From assembly GCF_000009045.1 (NCBI RefSeq), contig NC_000964.3, forward strand, positions 360,001 through 392,000: a stretch of DNA of 32,000 bases. The letters are read 5' to 3'. Origin of the DNA: Bacillus subtilis subsp. subtilis str. 168 (lineage in GTDB: Bacteria; Bacillota; Bacilli; Bacillales; Bacillaceae). Below are positions 9,236 through 19,900 of this stretch, piece after piece (position 1 is the stretch's first letter; each line of letters starts with the position of its first letter). A program made the position numbers and the translations under genes. The notes below the pieces were generated by a model. The model searched no databases and had not been told where the DNA came from. It saw only the letters and a program-made list of their open reading frames with translations.

Positions 9236-9691
9236 ATGAATATTTACAAACCAGCCGGATTTTGGATCAGACTTGGAGCTGCATTGTTAGACTACATTAT
9301 AGTCTCCGTGCCGCTTTTGCTGATCTATTGGCTGATTACAGGAAAAGACCCAAACGACAGCATGTTCATCAGTTTGGTTGTTCTGCTGTATTCTATTTTG
9401 CTGCCGATGTTTTGGCGCGGTTATCTTATCGGAAAAAGGATCTGCGGAATCAGAATCGTAAAAAAAGACGGATCACAGGTCAGTCTGTTAACAATGTTTT
9501 TACGGGTTATTGTAGCCGGCCTGGTTTACTGTATAACCTTCGGACTCGGCTTGATCGCCAGCCTGATTCTGATTGCCGTACGAGAAGACAAACGGACCCT
9601 GCATGATTTAATCGCGGGAACATATGTCACTTATGCGACACCAGGTGAAGAGGAACTTAATGCTGACGAAGAGATTAGAAAGAGCGAATAA
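9236..9691 (+). CDS. yckC: RDD-family membrane protein
   Basis: 151 aa from the internal ATG at 9236 (the ORF track starts at 9224). RDD-like N-terminus AGFWIRLGAALLDYIIV, and GKRICGIRIVKKDG. The 9236 start is preceded by TGGGGAG. Confidence 0.82.
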   Translation: MNIYKPAGFWIRLGAALLDYIIVSVPLLLIYWLITGKDPNDSMFISLVVLLYSILLPMFWRGYLIGKRICGIRIVKKDGSQVSLLTMFLRVIVAGLVYCITFGLGLIASLILIAVREDKRTLHDLIAGTYVTYATPGEEELNADEEIRKSE

Positions 9692-9772
9692 TGGTTCGCT
9701 CTTTTTATTTTTATGCATAAAAAATACAAGGCAGCAAAACATATGAAAAATAGGATTGGAGGAATAAAATGG

Positions 9773-10105
9773 ATGAAACGAATAACCATCAACATTATCA
9801 CAATGTTCATTGCAGCGGCTGTCATTTCTCTGACCGGTACAGCTGAGGCCGCTGAAAAACAGCAGCAGTCTCCCGCAAATGTTACACTGACAGATCAGCA
9901 AAAGAAAGAGATTGAACAACTGGAAGCAGAGATTCTTAAAAAGCGCAAAGACGTGATCTCAAAGTATGTACAATACGGTATCCTGCCTAAAGAAAGAGGA
10001 GAACACATCAAAAATCACTTGGACAAACACTTTGAAATGATGAAACAAAACGGCTTTGTTCCAAAGCACCATCCTCATCCGCATAAATTTGAAAAAAGAC
10101 ATTAA
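9773..10105 (+). CDS. yckD: Small secreted protein of unknown function (YckD-like, DUF2680-like)
   Basis: 110 aa from the ATG at 9773, signal peptide MKRITINIITMFIAAAVISLTGTAEAA, charged C-terminus. Upstream ORF-track residues MHKKYKAAKHMKNRIGGIKW are probably not translated. Confidence 0.78.
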   Translation: MKRITINIITMFIAAAVISLTGTAEAAEKQQQSPANVTLTDQQKKEIEQLEAEILKKRKDVISKYVQYGILPKERGEHIKNHLDKHFEMMKQNGFVPKHHPHPHKFEKRH

Positions 10106-10110
10106 GATTT

Positions 10111-10139
10111 TAAGCATCCAATGGGAATTGGGTGCTTTT
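10111..10139 (+). terminator. Probable intrinsic terminator of yckD
   Basis: AAGCATCCAAT-GGGA-ATTGGGTGCTTTTG hairpin with a short T-run. Confidence 0.6.
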
Positions 10140-10216
10140 GCGTTATTTACAGGTAGGCAATATTAGCTGAGCTGTTCCGCGACTAACATCGAGTTGATAT
10201 GAAACGCGTTTCATAG

Positions 10217-11692
<1,476 letters not shown>

Positions 11693-11697
11693 AGAGT

Positions 11698-11727
11698 CCC
11701 TGAGAGTTATTCTCTCAGGGGTTTTTC
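11698..11727 (+). terminator. Intrinsic terminator of bglC
   Basis: CCCTGAGAG-TTAT-TCTCTCAGGG followed by GTTTTT. Confidence 0.8.
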
Positions 11728-11728
11728 A

Positions 11729-12127
11729 TTACACAGAAACAGCATCAATAATATAAGTGTCGGCGTGCAAATCTGACATTTCAGCCGGCACAGTCCAGCA
11801 TGTCAATTGATAGTCTCCTTTAGGCAGATCAAAGGACAGTCTTTTAGACATGATGCTTTCAATATGAATTCCGTTTTCTGTGACATGAAAAGGAACAGTC
11901 ACTTTTTTTTCGTAGGAGTTTACTGTTTCTGAACTGTTCAGGCGAAAAAGAATAAAGGCCTTTGTATTTCGCTGTGCCTCAAAGGAAATGGCTCCGTCTG
12001 CCGCAGCATATCCTTTTTCAATCGCTTCGTCAGTCCAATCCATTACAGGAGGTGTAGAATCCTTTTGAAATACAGTAAATTGATGATATGAAATCGAAAG
12101 TTCTTGCGGCTTCCATGATTTGATCAA
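11729..12127 (-). CDS. nin: Inhibitor of the DNA-entry nuclease NucA
   Basis: 132-aa protein recognised as Nin/ComJ (MIKSWKPQELSISYHQFTVFQKDSTPP...), downstream of nucA on the same strand. Confidence 0.9.
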   Translation of the reverse strand: MIKSWKPQELSISYHQFTVFQKDSTPPVMDWTDEAIEKGYAAADGAISFEAQRNTKAFILFRLNSSETVNSYEKKVTVPFHVTENGIHIESIMSKRLSFDLPKGDYQLTCWTVPAEMSDLHADTYIIDAVSV

Positions 12128-12153
12128 TGTGCTGTTCCTCCTCTATGTACTGT

Positions 12154-12603
12154 TTACTGAATTGTGAATAAAACCTTTGTGCCGTCTGGGTAATCGGTAA
12201 GCCGATGCCCGACCCAAGAGCCTGCTCCGCGGTTGTCAGCGGGAGAAATGTATTCTACAGAAGCTCCCTCACCGCCTTCTTTGCACATGGCCATTGGCCA
12301 TTCATCTCTGTCATACCCCTTTTTGGAAGGTACGTCCTTTAATGATTGCTCGCGGCGTTCTTCAGCTCCGTCTCTGTCAATAGTGCACACCTCTGAGTGC
12401 CCCTCATTTATCGCATCCTTAATATGCTTGGCAGTTTCGGGATACCGGTCAGATGGGAAGGCCATTGTTTCATCATATTCTTTCGTTTGAGACGTTTTTT
12501 GATCAGCTGAGAAAAAGTCTCCTTTTATCAGGCCGACAGCTGCAGCTGCTATGATGACGATGACGAGAAGTATCGTTTTTATGATGTCCGTCGTGATGTT
12601 CAC
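12154..12603 (-). CDS. nucA: Membrane-associated DNA-entry nuclease of competence
   Basis: 149 aa, N-terminal membrane anchor, nuclease segment [35 protein letters not shown]...[13 protein letters not shown]. Confidence 0.92.
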   Translation of the reverse strand: MNITTDIIKTILLVIVIIAAAAVGLIKGDFFSADQKTSQTKEYDETMAFPSDRYPETAKHIKDAINEGHSEVCTIDRDGAEERREQSLKDVPSKKGYDRDEWPMAMCKEGGEGASVEYISPADNRGAGSWVGHRLTDYPDGTKVLFTIQ

Positions 12604-12692
12604 CTCCCGCTTTTAAAACTGACACAAGAGTAATCCAGAAAGCATTTGGTGTAAAGGTTTAAATTTTATGTTTTACGATCAGTTTATTGCAG

Positions 12693-12727
12693 AAATCGTA
12701 ATTTTAGCAGATCGAAATATTTGTTTT
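12693..12727 (-). promoter_or_regulatory. Pair of ComK-box-like sites upstream of nucA
   Basis: On the minus strand AAAACAAATATTT (12727-12715) and AAAATTACGATTT (12705-12693); each matches AAAAN5TTTT with one mismatch, separated by 9 bp. Confidence 0.6.
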
Positions 12728-12770
12728 CAGCAAAATACGATTGCCAATTTACAATAATGATAGTAAGTCA

Positions 12771-14492
12771 TCAGCCGTTTTCGGCTTGATTAATCATTTT
12801 AAATTGGCTTATGATACCGGTAAGCTCCTCAGCTAATTGAGAAAGTGTTTCAGAAGCTGCGGTAATCTCCTCCATTGCAGCAAATTGCTCCTCTGTTAAT
12901 GCAGCCGCTTGCCGGGTATTTTTAGTAGATTCTTTAATGTCGGCCGTATTGGCTGCAAAGGAATCATTTATTTGATGTGCACTGGCTGAAATGTTTGTTA
13001 CAGATGCTGATAAATCACTAATCTCGGCGCTGATTTCACCTGTTGCAGCTGCAATTTCCTTAAATGCATCTCTGGTGCGCTGGATCATGGTGACTCCTTC
13101 TGCAGCTTCTGTTTTCACATGCTCAACAGATCTTGCAGACCGGTTCATATCCTTTTGTATTTCTATGATCAGTTTTGAAATCTGCCCCGCAGACTGTTGA
13201 GACTCTTCTGCTAATTTCCGTACTTCATCAGCAACAACAGCAAAGCCTTTTCCTTGTTCACCGGCTCTGGCAGCTTCAATCGCTGCATTCAGCGCAAGCA
13301 GGTTTGTCTGATCAGCAATTTGGGTGATGACCGATAAAATTTGCTCAATTTGTTTAGAGCGGCCGTCTAACTGGTGTATGATTTCTCCGCTTTTCTGAAT
13401 TGACTGGTGAATCGCATCCATTTGCGCCTGTACATTTGCAATTTCCTTTTGTCCAATGTCTGCTTTTGATTGAGCGAGCTGCCCTTTGTCAGCGATAGCG
13501 GCAGTATTTGCAGAAATATCCCGGATGTCTGCTGAAGCTTGTTTTAATGAGCTTTCACTATTTTCAATTCGGGTGATCTGATCTTGGGCTCCATTTGCAA
13601 TCTGCTGTACAGCTTCTGTGATTTTTTCTGAAGCTTGATTTGTTTCCTCTGCTCCGGCTGAGAGCTGCTGAGAGGCTGACGCAAGCTGAAGGGCTGATTG
13701 TTGTACGGTTTGTATGGTATCGTTCAGCTTCATTCTCATCTTATTATAATAGACGCTTAGTTCTGAAAGCTCGTCACCGGTTTTGTCTGACACCTCTATT
13801 GTCATATCTCCGTTTCCGGCACTTTCAAAGGCGCTTTTTAAAGCGTTCAGCCGCTTGTTGATTTTTCTGGTGAAAACCAAGACAAGGATGACTGATACCA
13901 TAATGACGATAACAAGAACGATAGCGAATTGAGTGAAAAGTGATTGTGTAAGTGATGCTAAAATACTTTGATTAGCTCCGGTATACAGCATGCCGATGAT
14001 GTTCCCATTTTGATCTTTTAACGGCATGTATGCAGTCTGATAAGAAGAACCTGCTACATCTGCTTGTCCGTAAAAACGCTTTCCTTTCTTTAAAACAGCG
14101 GCAATAACTTCAGAAGAAGCCTGGGTGCCGACGGCTCTTTCGCCATTTTTCATGACATTGGTTGCAACACGAGTATCGCCTTGGAAAATGGTAATGGTAT
14201 CACCTGTCTTTTCACCAAGCAGATCAACAATATCTTCATTTCCATTGATTTGTGTTTGCCCTTTATAGAGCTTATTGTTTTTCACCTGCCAGTCGCCTGA
14301 CATGACATCATCAATATAAGTGCTGCTTAAAGCGAGATCACCTTTCGCTTTTTCAGTTGCCATTTGTTTCATGCTTTCTGTAATTTCCTTAAGCATCACA
14401 GTGCCAACTGATGCCGAAAACAAAAGAATCACCACGAAAACGAGGCAAAGAATTTTAGTTCCTAGCTTCATCTTAAATCGTTTTATCAACAT
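12771..14492 (-). CDS. tlpC: Methyl-accepting chemotaxis protein
   Basis: 573 aa: TM, Cache-like extracellular domain, TM ([20 protein letters not shown]), HAMP, and MCP signalling hairpin ([50 protein letters not shown]). Confidence 0.93.
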
Positions 14493-14526
14493 AATTCCTC
14501 CCTTTACGATTTGCAGGTCATATTAC

Positions 14527-14554
14527 TTATCGGGTTTTTGGGTTTAAAGTTTTA
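14527..14554 (-). promoter_or_regulatory. SigD-like promoter of tlpC
   Basis: Minus strand TAAA (14554-14551), 16-bp spacer, CCCGATAA (14534-14527), close to the consensus TAAA-N15-GCCGATAT; about 35 bp upstream of the tlpC ATG. Confidence 0.65.
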
Positions 14555-14559
14555 TTTTA

Positions 14560-14594
14560 GAAAAAATAAAACCGGCCTGATCTTCAGGCCGGTT
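14560..14594 (-). terminator. Intrinsic terminator of the hxlAB operon
   Basis: Minus strand AACCGGCCTGA-AGA-TCAGGCCGGTT followed by TTATTTTTTC. Confidence 0.88.
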
Positions 14595-14602
14595 GTGTGA
14601 TG

Positions 14603-15160
14603 CTATTCAAGGTTTGCGTGGTGAGTGAACATAGTTTCAGAATCGAGACCTTTTTTCTCCATGAGTTTTAAAATCACTGCATCATAGAAGAGCAGCAAAG
14701 TTTGTTCAAATAATGATCCCATTGGCTGAATGGTTTTATAGCTTCCGTTAGACTGGTCTTTAGGGGAACCAGGCATTCTGATGATGAGGTCCGCTTGTTT
14801 TCCGATGCTTGATTCCGGATTGATGGTTAAAGCGGCAACAATTCCGTGTAAGCTTTTTGCTTTTGCTGCGGTATGAATCAAGCTCTTTGTCTCGCCTGAT
14901 CCTGAGCCGATAATAACTAGATCTCCTTCGGCGAGCGGCGGAGTGAGAATCTCACCTACTATATGGGCGTTGAAGCCCATGTGCATCAGTCTCATCGCGA
15001 AGGATTTTGCCATCAGGCCAGACCGCCCCGCACCCGCGGTGAAAATTTGGTGGGATGAAAGAATGTGATCGGCAAGCTGGTCAGCTTCTTCATTAGAAAT
15101 ATAAGCTGCTGAATTGTGTAACTCATTGAGAATTTCCGCTACGTATTCAGTCGTTTTCAT
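14603..15160 (-). CDS. hxlB: 6-phospho-3-hexuloisomerase (SIS domain)
   Basis: 185 aa, SIS motifs (FTAGAGRSGLMAKSFAMRLMHMGF, GSGSGETKSLIHTAAKAK); follows hxlA. Confidence 0.93.
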   Translation of the reverse strand: MKTTEYVAEILNELHNSAAYISNEEADQLADHILSSHQIFTAGAGRSGLMAKSFAMRLMHMGFNAHIVGEILTPPLAEGDLVIIGSGSGETKSLIHTAAKAKSLHGIVAALTINPESSIGKQADLIIRMPGSPKDQSNGSYKTIQPMGSLFEQTLLLFYDAVILKLMEKKGLDSETMFTHHANLE

Positions 15161-15165
15161 CGGAG

Positions 15166-15798
15166 TTATCCTTGGACAATCAGCTGCTTCATTTTTGAAG
15201 CTGTTTCCGCCTTATCAGCTGCGCTTGTAATTCCGCCCCCGACAATGACAAGGTCAGGCTTTTGCTGGATCACTTCTGGCAGTGTATCAAGTTTGATGCC
15301 GCCCGCGATTGCGGTTTTTGCGTTTTTTACGGTATTTTTGATTGTCGTTAATTCTTCGAAAGAGTTTTTGCCCTCTGCTTGAAGATCATAGCCAGTGTGG
15401 ACGCAGATGTAGTCAACACCGAGTGCGTCAATTTCTTTCGCACGGGATTCGATATCTTTCACGTTAATCATGTCCACTAAGATTTTCTTCTTTTGTTTTT
15501 TGGCTTCTTCTACTGCGCCTTTAATCGTTGCATCGTCTGTAGCCCCTAAAACGGTGATGATGTCAGCGCCTGCTTCCGACGCTTTCATAATTTCGTAGCC
15601 TCCGGCATCCATGATTTTCAGGTCTGCAAGAACCTTCAATTGAGGAAATGCTTCTTTTATTTCTTTAACGGCTCTTAGGCCTTCATTGATGACGACCGGT
15701 GTTCCGATTTCAACTACGTCGATGTATTGTTCTACCTCTTTGACAAGCTCAATGGCTTCCGGGATGTTGACGAGGTCTAATGCAAGCTGTAATTCCAT
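15166..15798 (-). CDS. hxlA: 3-hexulose-6-phosphate synthase
   Basis: 210 aa, MELQLALDLVNIPEAI...VLADLKIMDAGGYEI..., OMP-decarboxylase-like barrel. Confidence 0.94.
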   Translation of the reverse strand: MELQLALDLVNIPEAIELVKEVEQYIDVVEIGTPVVINEGLRAVKEIKEAFPQLKVLADLKIMDAGGYEIMKASEAGADIITVLGATDDATIKGAVEEAKKQKKKILVDMINVKDIESRAKEIDALGVDYICVHTGYDLQAEGKNSFEELTTIKNTVKNAKTAIAGGIKLDTLPEVIQQKPDLVIVGGGITSAADKAETASKMKQLIVQG

Positions 15799-16031
15799 TG
15801 TTGATCCACTCCCTTTTTCGAATTATTGTTCATTCTATAGGTTCCTTCTTTTGTTGAGAAGTAGGCACTTTGAAGTCAACAAGTTACTTGGAGGATACTG
15901 TGAGGAGAGACAATCAGATTTCTTTCGCTTGATTTTATGAGTGAGTATAATGAAAAAAGAGTCTGCAAAAAAGTAAGTAAGTGATGATACGTATCTAACA
16001 TACAAAAAGGTTACTAAGGGGGGGGATTCTA

Positions 16032-16394
16032 TTGAGCCGGATGGACGACAAAAGGTTTAATTGTGAGAAGGAATTAACGCTTGCAGTGATTGGCGGTAAA
16101 TGGAAAATGCTCATTTTATGGCATTTAGGAAAAGAAGGCACAAAACGGTTCAATGAATTAAAAACATTGATTCCTGATATTACGCAGAAGATCCTCGTGA
16201 ATCAGCTGAGAGAGCTTGAGCAGGATATGATTGTTCACAGGGAAGTGTATCCAGTTGTCCCGCCGAAGGTTGAATATTCTCTGACCCCGCACGGAGAAAG
16301 CCTCATGCCTATTCTTGAAGCCATGTATGAGTGGGGGAAAGGCTATATGGAATTGATTGATATCGACAAAAATGTCATGAAAGAATCGTTGTAA
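16032..16394 (+). CDS. hxlR: HxlR-family winged-helix transcriptional regulator (formaldehyde-responsive activator of hxlAB)
   Basis: 120 aa, [22 protein letters not shown]...[30 protein letters not shown], divergent from hxlAB. Confidence 0.92.
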
Positions 16395-16422
16395 GACGCT
16401 CTTCGCAAGGGTGTCTTTTTTT
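16395..16422 (+). terminator. Intrinsic terminator of hxlR
   Basis: GACGCTCTT-CGC-AAGGGTGTC followed by TTTTTTT. Confidence 0.8.
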
Positions 16423-16559
16423 GCCTTTTTTTCGGTTTTTGCGCGGTACACATAGTCATGTAAAGATTGTAAATTGCATTCAGCAATAAAAAAAGATTGA
16501 ACGCAGCAGTTTGGTTTAAAAATTTTTATTTTTCTGTAAATAATGTTTAGTGGAAATGA

Positions 16560-16575
16560 TTGCGGCATCCCGCAA
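16560..16575. promoter_or_regulatory. ComA box, upstream copy
   Basis: TTGCGG-CATC-CCGCAA, perfect palindromic ComA recognition element upstream of srfAA. Confidence 0.93.
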
Positions 16576-16603
16576 AAAATATTGCTGTAAATAAACTGGA
16601 ATC

Positions 16604-16619
16604 TTTCGGCATCCCGCAT
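16604..16619. promoter_or_regulatory. ComA box, second copy
   Basis: TTTCGG-CATC-CCGCAT, two mismatches to the perfect box, same CATC spacer, 44 bp centre to centre from the first. Confidence 0.88.
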
Positions 16620-16967
16620 GAAACTTTTCACCCATTTTTCGGTGATAAAAACATTTTTTTCATTTAAACTGAACGGTAGAAAGATAAAAAATATTGAAAA
16701 CAATGAATAAATAGCCAAAATTGGTTTCTTATTAGGGTGGGGTCTTGCGGTCTTTATCCGCTTATGTTAAACGCCGCAATGCTGACTGACGGCAGCCTGC
16801 TTTAATAGCGGCCATCTGTTTTTTGATTGGAAGCACTGCTTTTTAAGTGTAGTACTTTGGGCTATTTCGGCTGTTAGTTCATAAGAATTAAAAGCTGATA
16901 TGGATAAGAAAGAGAAAATGCGTTGCACATGTTCACTGCTTATAAAGATTAGGGGAGGTATGACAAT

Positions 16968-19900
16968 ATGGAAATAACTTTTTACCCTTTAACGGATGCA
17001 CAAAAACGAATTTGGTACACAGAAAAATTTTATCCTCACACGAGCATTTCAAATCTTGCGGGGATTGGTAAGCTGGTTTCAGCTGATGCGATTGATTATG
17101 TGCTTGTTGAGCAGGCGATTCAAGAGTTTATTCGCAGAAATGACGCCATGCGCCTTCGGTTGCGGCTAGATGAAAACGGGGAGCCTGTTCAATATATTAG
17201 CGAGTATCGGCCTGTTGATATAAAACATACTGACACTACTGAAGATCCGAATGCGATAGAGTTTATTTCACAATGGAGCCGGGAGGAAACGAAGAAACCT
17301 TTGCCGCTATACGATTGTGATTTGTTCCGTTTTTCCTTGTTCACCATAAAGGAAAATGAAGTGTGGTTTTACGCAAATGTTCATCACGTGATTTCTGATG
17401 GTATCTCCATGAATATTCTCGGGAATGCGATCATGCACATTTATTTAGAATTAGCCAGCGGCTCAGAGACAAAAGAAGGAATCTCGCATTCATTTATCGA
17501 TCATGTTTTATCTGAACAGGAATATGCTCAATCGAAGCGGTTTGAAAAGGACAAGGCGTTTTGGAACAAACAATTTGAATCGGTGCCTGAACTTGTTTCC
17601 TTGAAACGGAATGCATCCGCAGGGGGAAGTTTAGATGCTGAGAGGTTCTCTAAAGATGTGCCTGAAGCGCTTCATCAGCAGATTCTGTCGTTTTGTGAGG
17701 CGAATAAAGTCAGTGTTCTTTCGGTATTTCAATCGCTGCTCGCCGCCTATTTGTACAGGGTCAGCGGCCAGAATGATGTTGTGACGGGAACATTTATGGG
17801 CAACCGGACAAATGCGAAAGAGAAGCAGATGCTTGGCATGTTTGTTTCTACGGTTCCGCTTCGGACAAACATTGACGGCGGGCAGGCGTTTTCAGAATTT
17901 GTCAAAGACCGGATGAAGGATCTGATGAAGACACTTCGCCACCAAAAGTATCCGTATAATCTCCTAATCAACGATTTGCGTGAAACAAAGAGCTCTCTGA
18001 CCAAGCTGTTCACGGTTTCTCTTGAATATCAAGTGATGCAGTGGCAGAAAGAAGAGGATCTTGCCTTTTTGACTGAGCCGATTTTCAGCGGCAGCGGATT
18101 AAATGATGTCTCAATTCATGTAAAGGATCGATGGGATACTGGGAAACTCACCATAGATTTTGATTACCGCACTGATTTATTTTCACGTGAAGAAATCAAC
18201 ATGATTTGTGAGCGCATGATTACCATGCTGGAGAACGCGTTAACGCATCCAGAACATACAATTGATGAATTAACACTGATTTCTGATGCGGAGAAAGAGA
18301 AGCTGCTTGCGAGGGCCGGCGGTAAATCTGTGAGCTACCGTAAGGACATGACGATACCAGAGCTGTTCCAAGAAAAGGCTGAACTGCTTTCTGATCATCC
18401 AGCGGTTGTATTTGAAGATCGCACATTGTCCTATCGAACGTTACATGAGCAATCTGCACGCATCGCCAATGTGCTGAAACAGAAAGGGGTTGGCCCGGAC
18501 AGTCCTGTCGCGGTTTTGATTGAACGCTCTGAACGGATGATTACAGCTATCATGGGAATTTTAAAAGCCGGCGGAGCCTATGTGCCGATTGATCCGGGTT
18601 TTCCTGCTGAGCGCATTCAATATATTTTGGAGGACTGCGGGGCGGATTTCATCCTGACTGAATCGAAGGTTGCGGCGCCTGAAGCCGATGCTGAGCTGAT
18701 TGACTTAGATCAGGCGATTGAGGAAGGTGCAGAAGAAAGCCTGAATGCAGATGTGAACGCTCGGAACCTTGCCTACATTATTTACACATCGGGAACAACC
18801 GGACGCCCGAAAGGCGTTATGATCGAGCATCGCCAGGTTCATCATTTGGTTGAATCTCTGCAGCAGACGATTTATCAAAGCGGCAGCCAAACCCTGCGGA
18901 TGGCATTGCTTGCGCCGTTCCACTTTGATGCGTCAGTGAAGCAGATCTTCGCGTCGCTTCTTTTGGGCCAAACCCTTTATATCGTACCGAAGAAAACAGT
19001 GACGAACGGGGCCGCCCTTACTGCATATTATCGGAAGAACAGCATTGAGGCGACGGACGGAACACCGGCTCATTTGCAAATGCTGGCAGCAGCAGGCGAT
19101 TTTGAAGGCCTAAAACTGAAGCACATGCTGATCGGAGGAGAAGGCCTGTCATCTGTTGTTGCGGACAAGCTGCTGAAGCTGTTTAAAGAAGCCGGCACAG
19201 CGCCGCGTTTGACTAATGTGTACGGGCCGACTGAAACGTGCGTTGACGCGTCTGTTCATCCGGTTATCCCTGAGAATGCAGTTCAATCAGCGTATGTGCC
19301 GATCGGGAAAGCGCTGGGGAATAACCGCTTATATATTTTGGATCAAAAAGGCCGGCTGCAGCCTGAAGGCGTGGCGGGTGAGCTTTATATCGCGGGAGAC
19401 GGTGTGGGCCGAGGCTATTTACATTTGCCTGAATTAACGGAAGAGAAGTTTTTACAAGATCCATTCGTGCCGGGCGATCGCATGTACCGGACCGGGGACG
19501 TGGTGCGCTGGCTTCCAGATGGAACAATCGAATATTTAGGCAGAGAGGATGACCAGGTCAAAGTCCGCGGATACCGGATTGAGCTTGGGGAAATTGAAGC
19601 CGTGATTCAGCAGGCGCCAGACGTTGCAAAAGCCGTTGTTTTGGCACGCCCTGACGAACAGGGAAATCTTGAGGTTTGCGCATATGTTGTGCAGAAGCCT
19701 GGAAGCGAATTTGCGCCAGCCGGTTTGAGGGAGCATGCGGCCAGACAGCTTCCTGACTATATGGTGCCGGCTTACTTTACAGAAGTGACAGAAATTCCGC
19801 TTACACCAAGCGGCAAAGTCGACCGCCGCAAGCTGTTTGCACTAGAGGTGAAGGCTGTCAGCGGCACTGCCTATACAGCGCCGCGAAATGAGACTGAAAA

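Noticed and set aside
10199-10214. Calling the bglC upstream palindrome a canonical CcpA cre site
   Set aside because: The central dinucleotide is GC rather than the conserved CG, so it is reported only as an unassigned palindrome.
16560-16619. A third ComA site between the two boxes
   Set aside because: TTGCTGTAAATAAAC has no convincing second half-site by eye.
16158-16718. 186-aa minus ORF spanning hxlR and the ComA boxes
   Set aside because: Overlaps hxlR, its terminator and the srfA control region in antisense; composition is typical of AT-rich non-coding translation.
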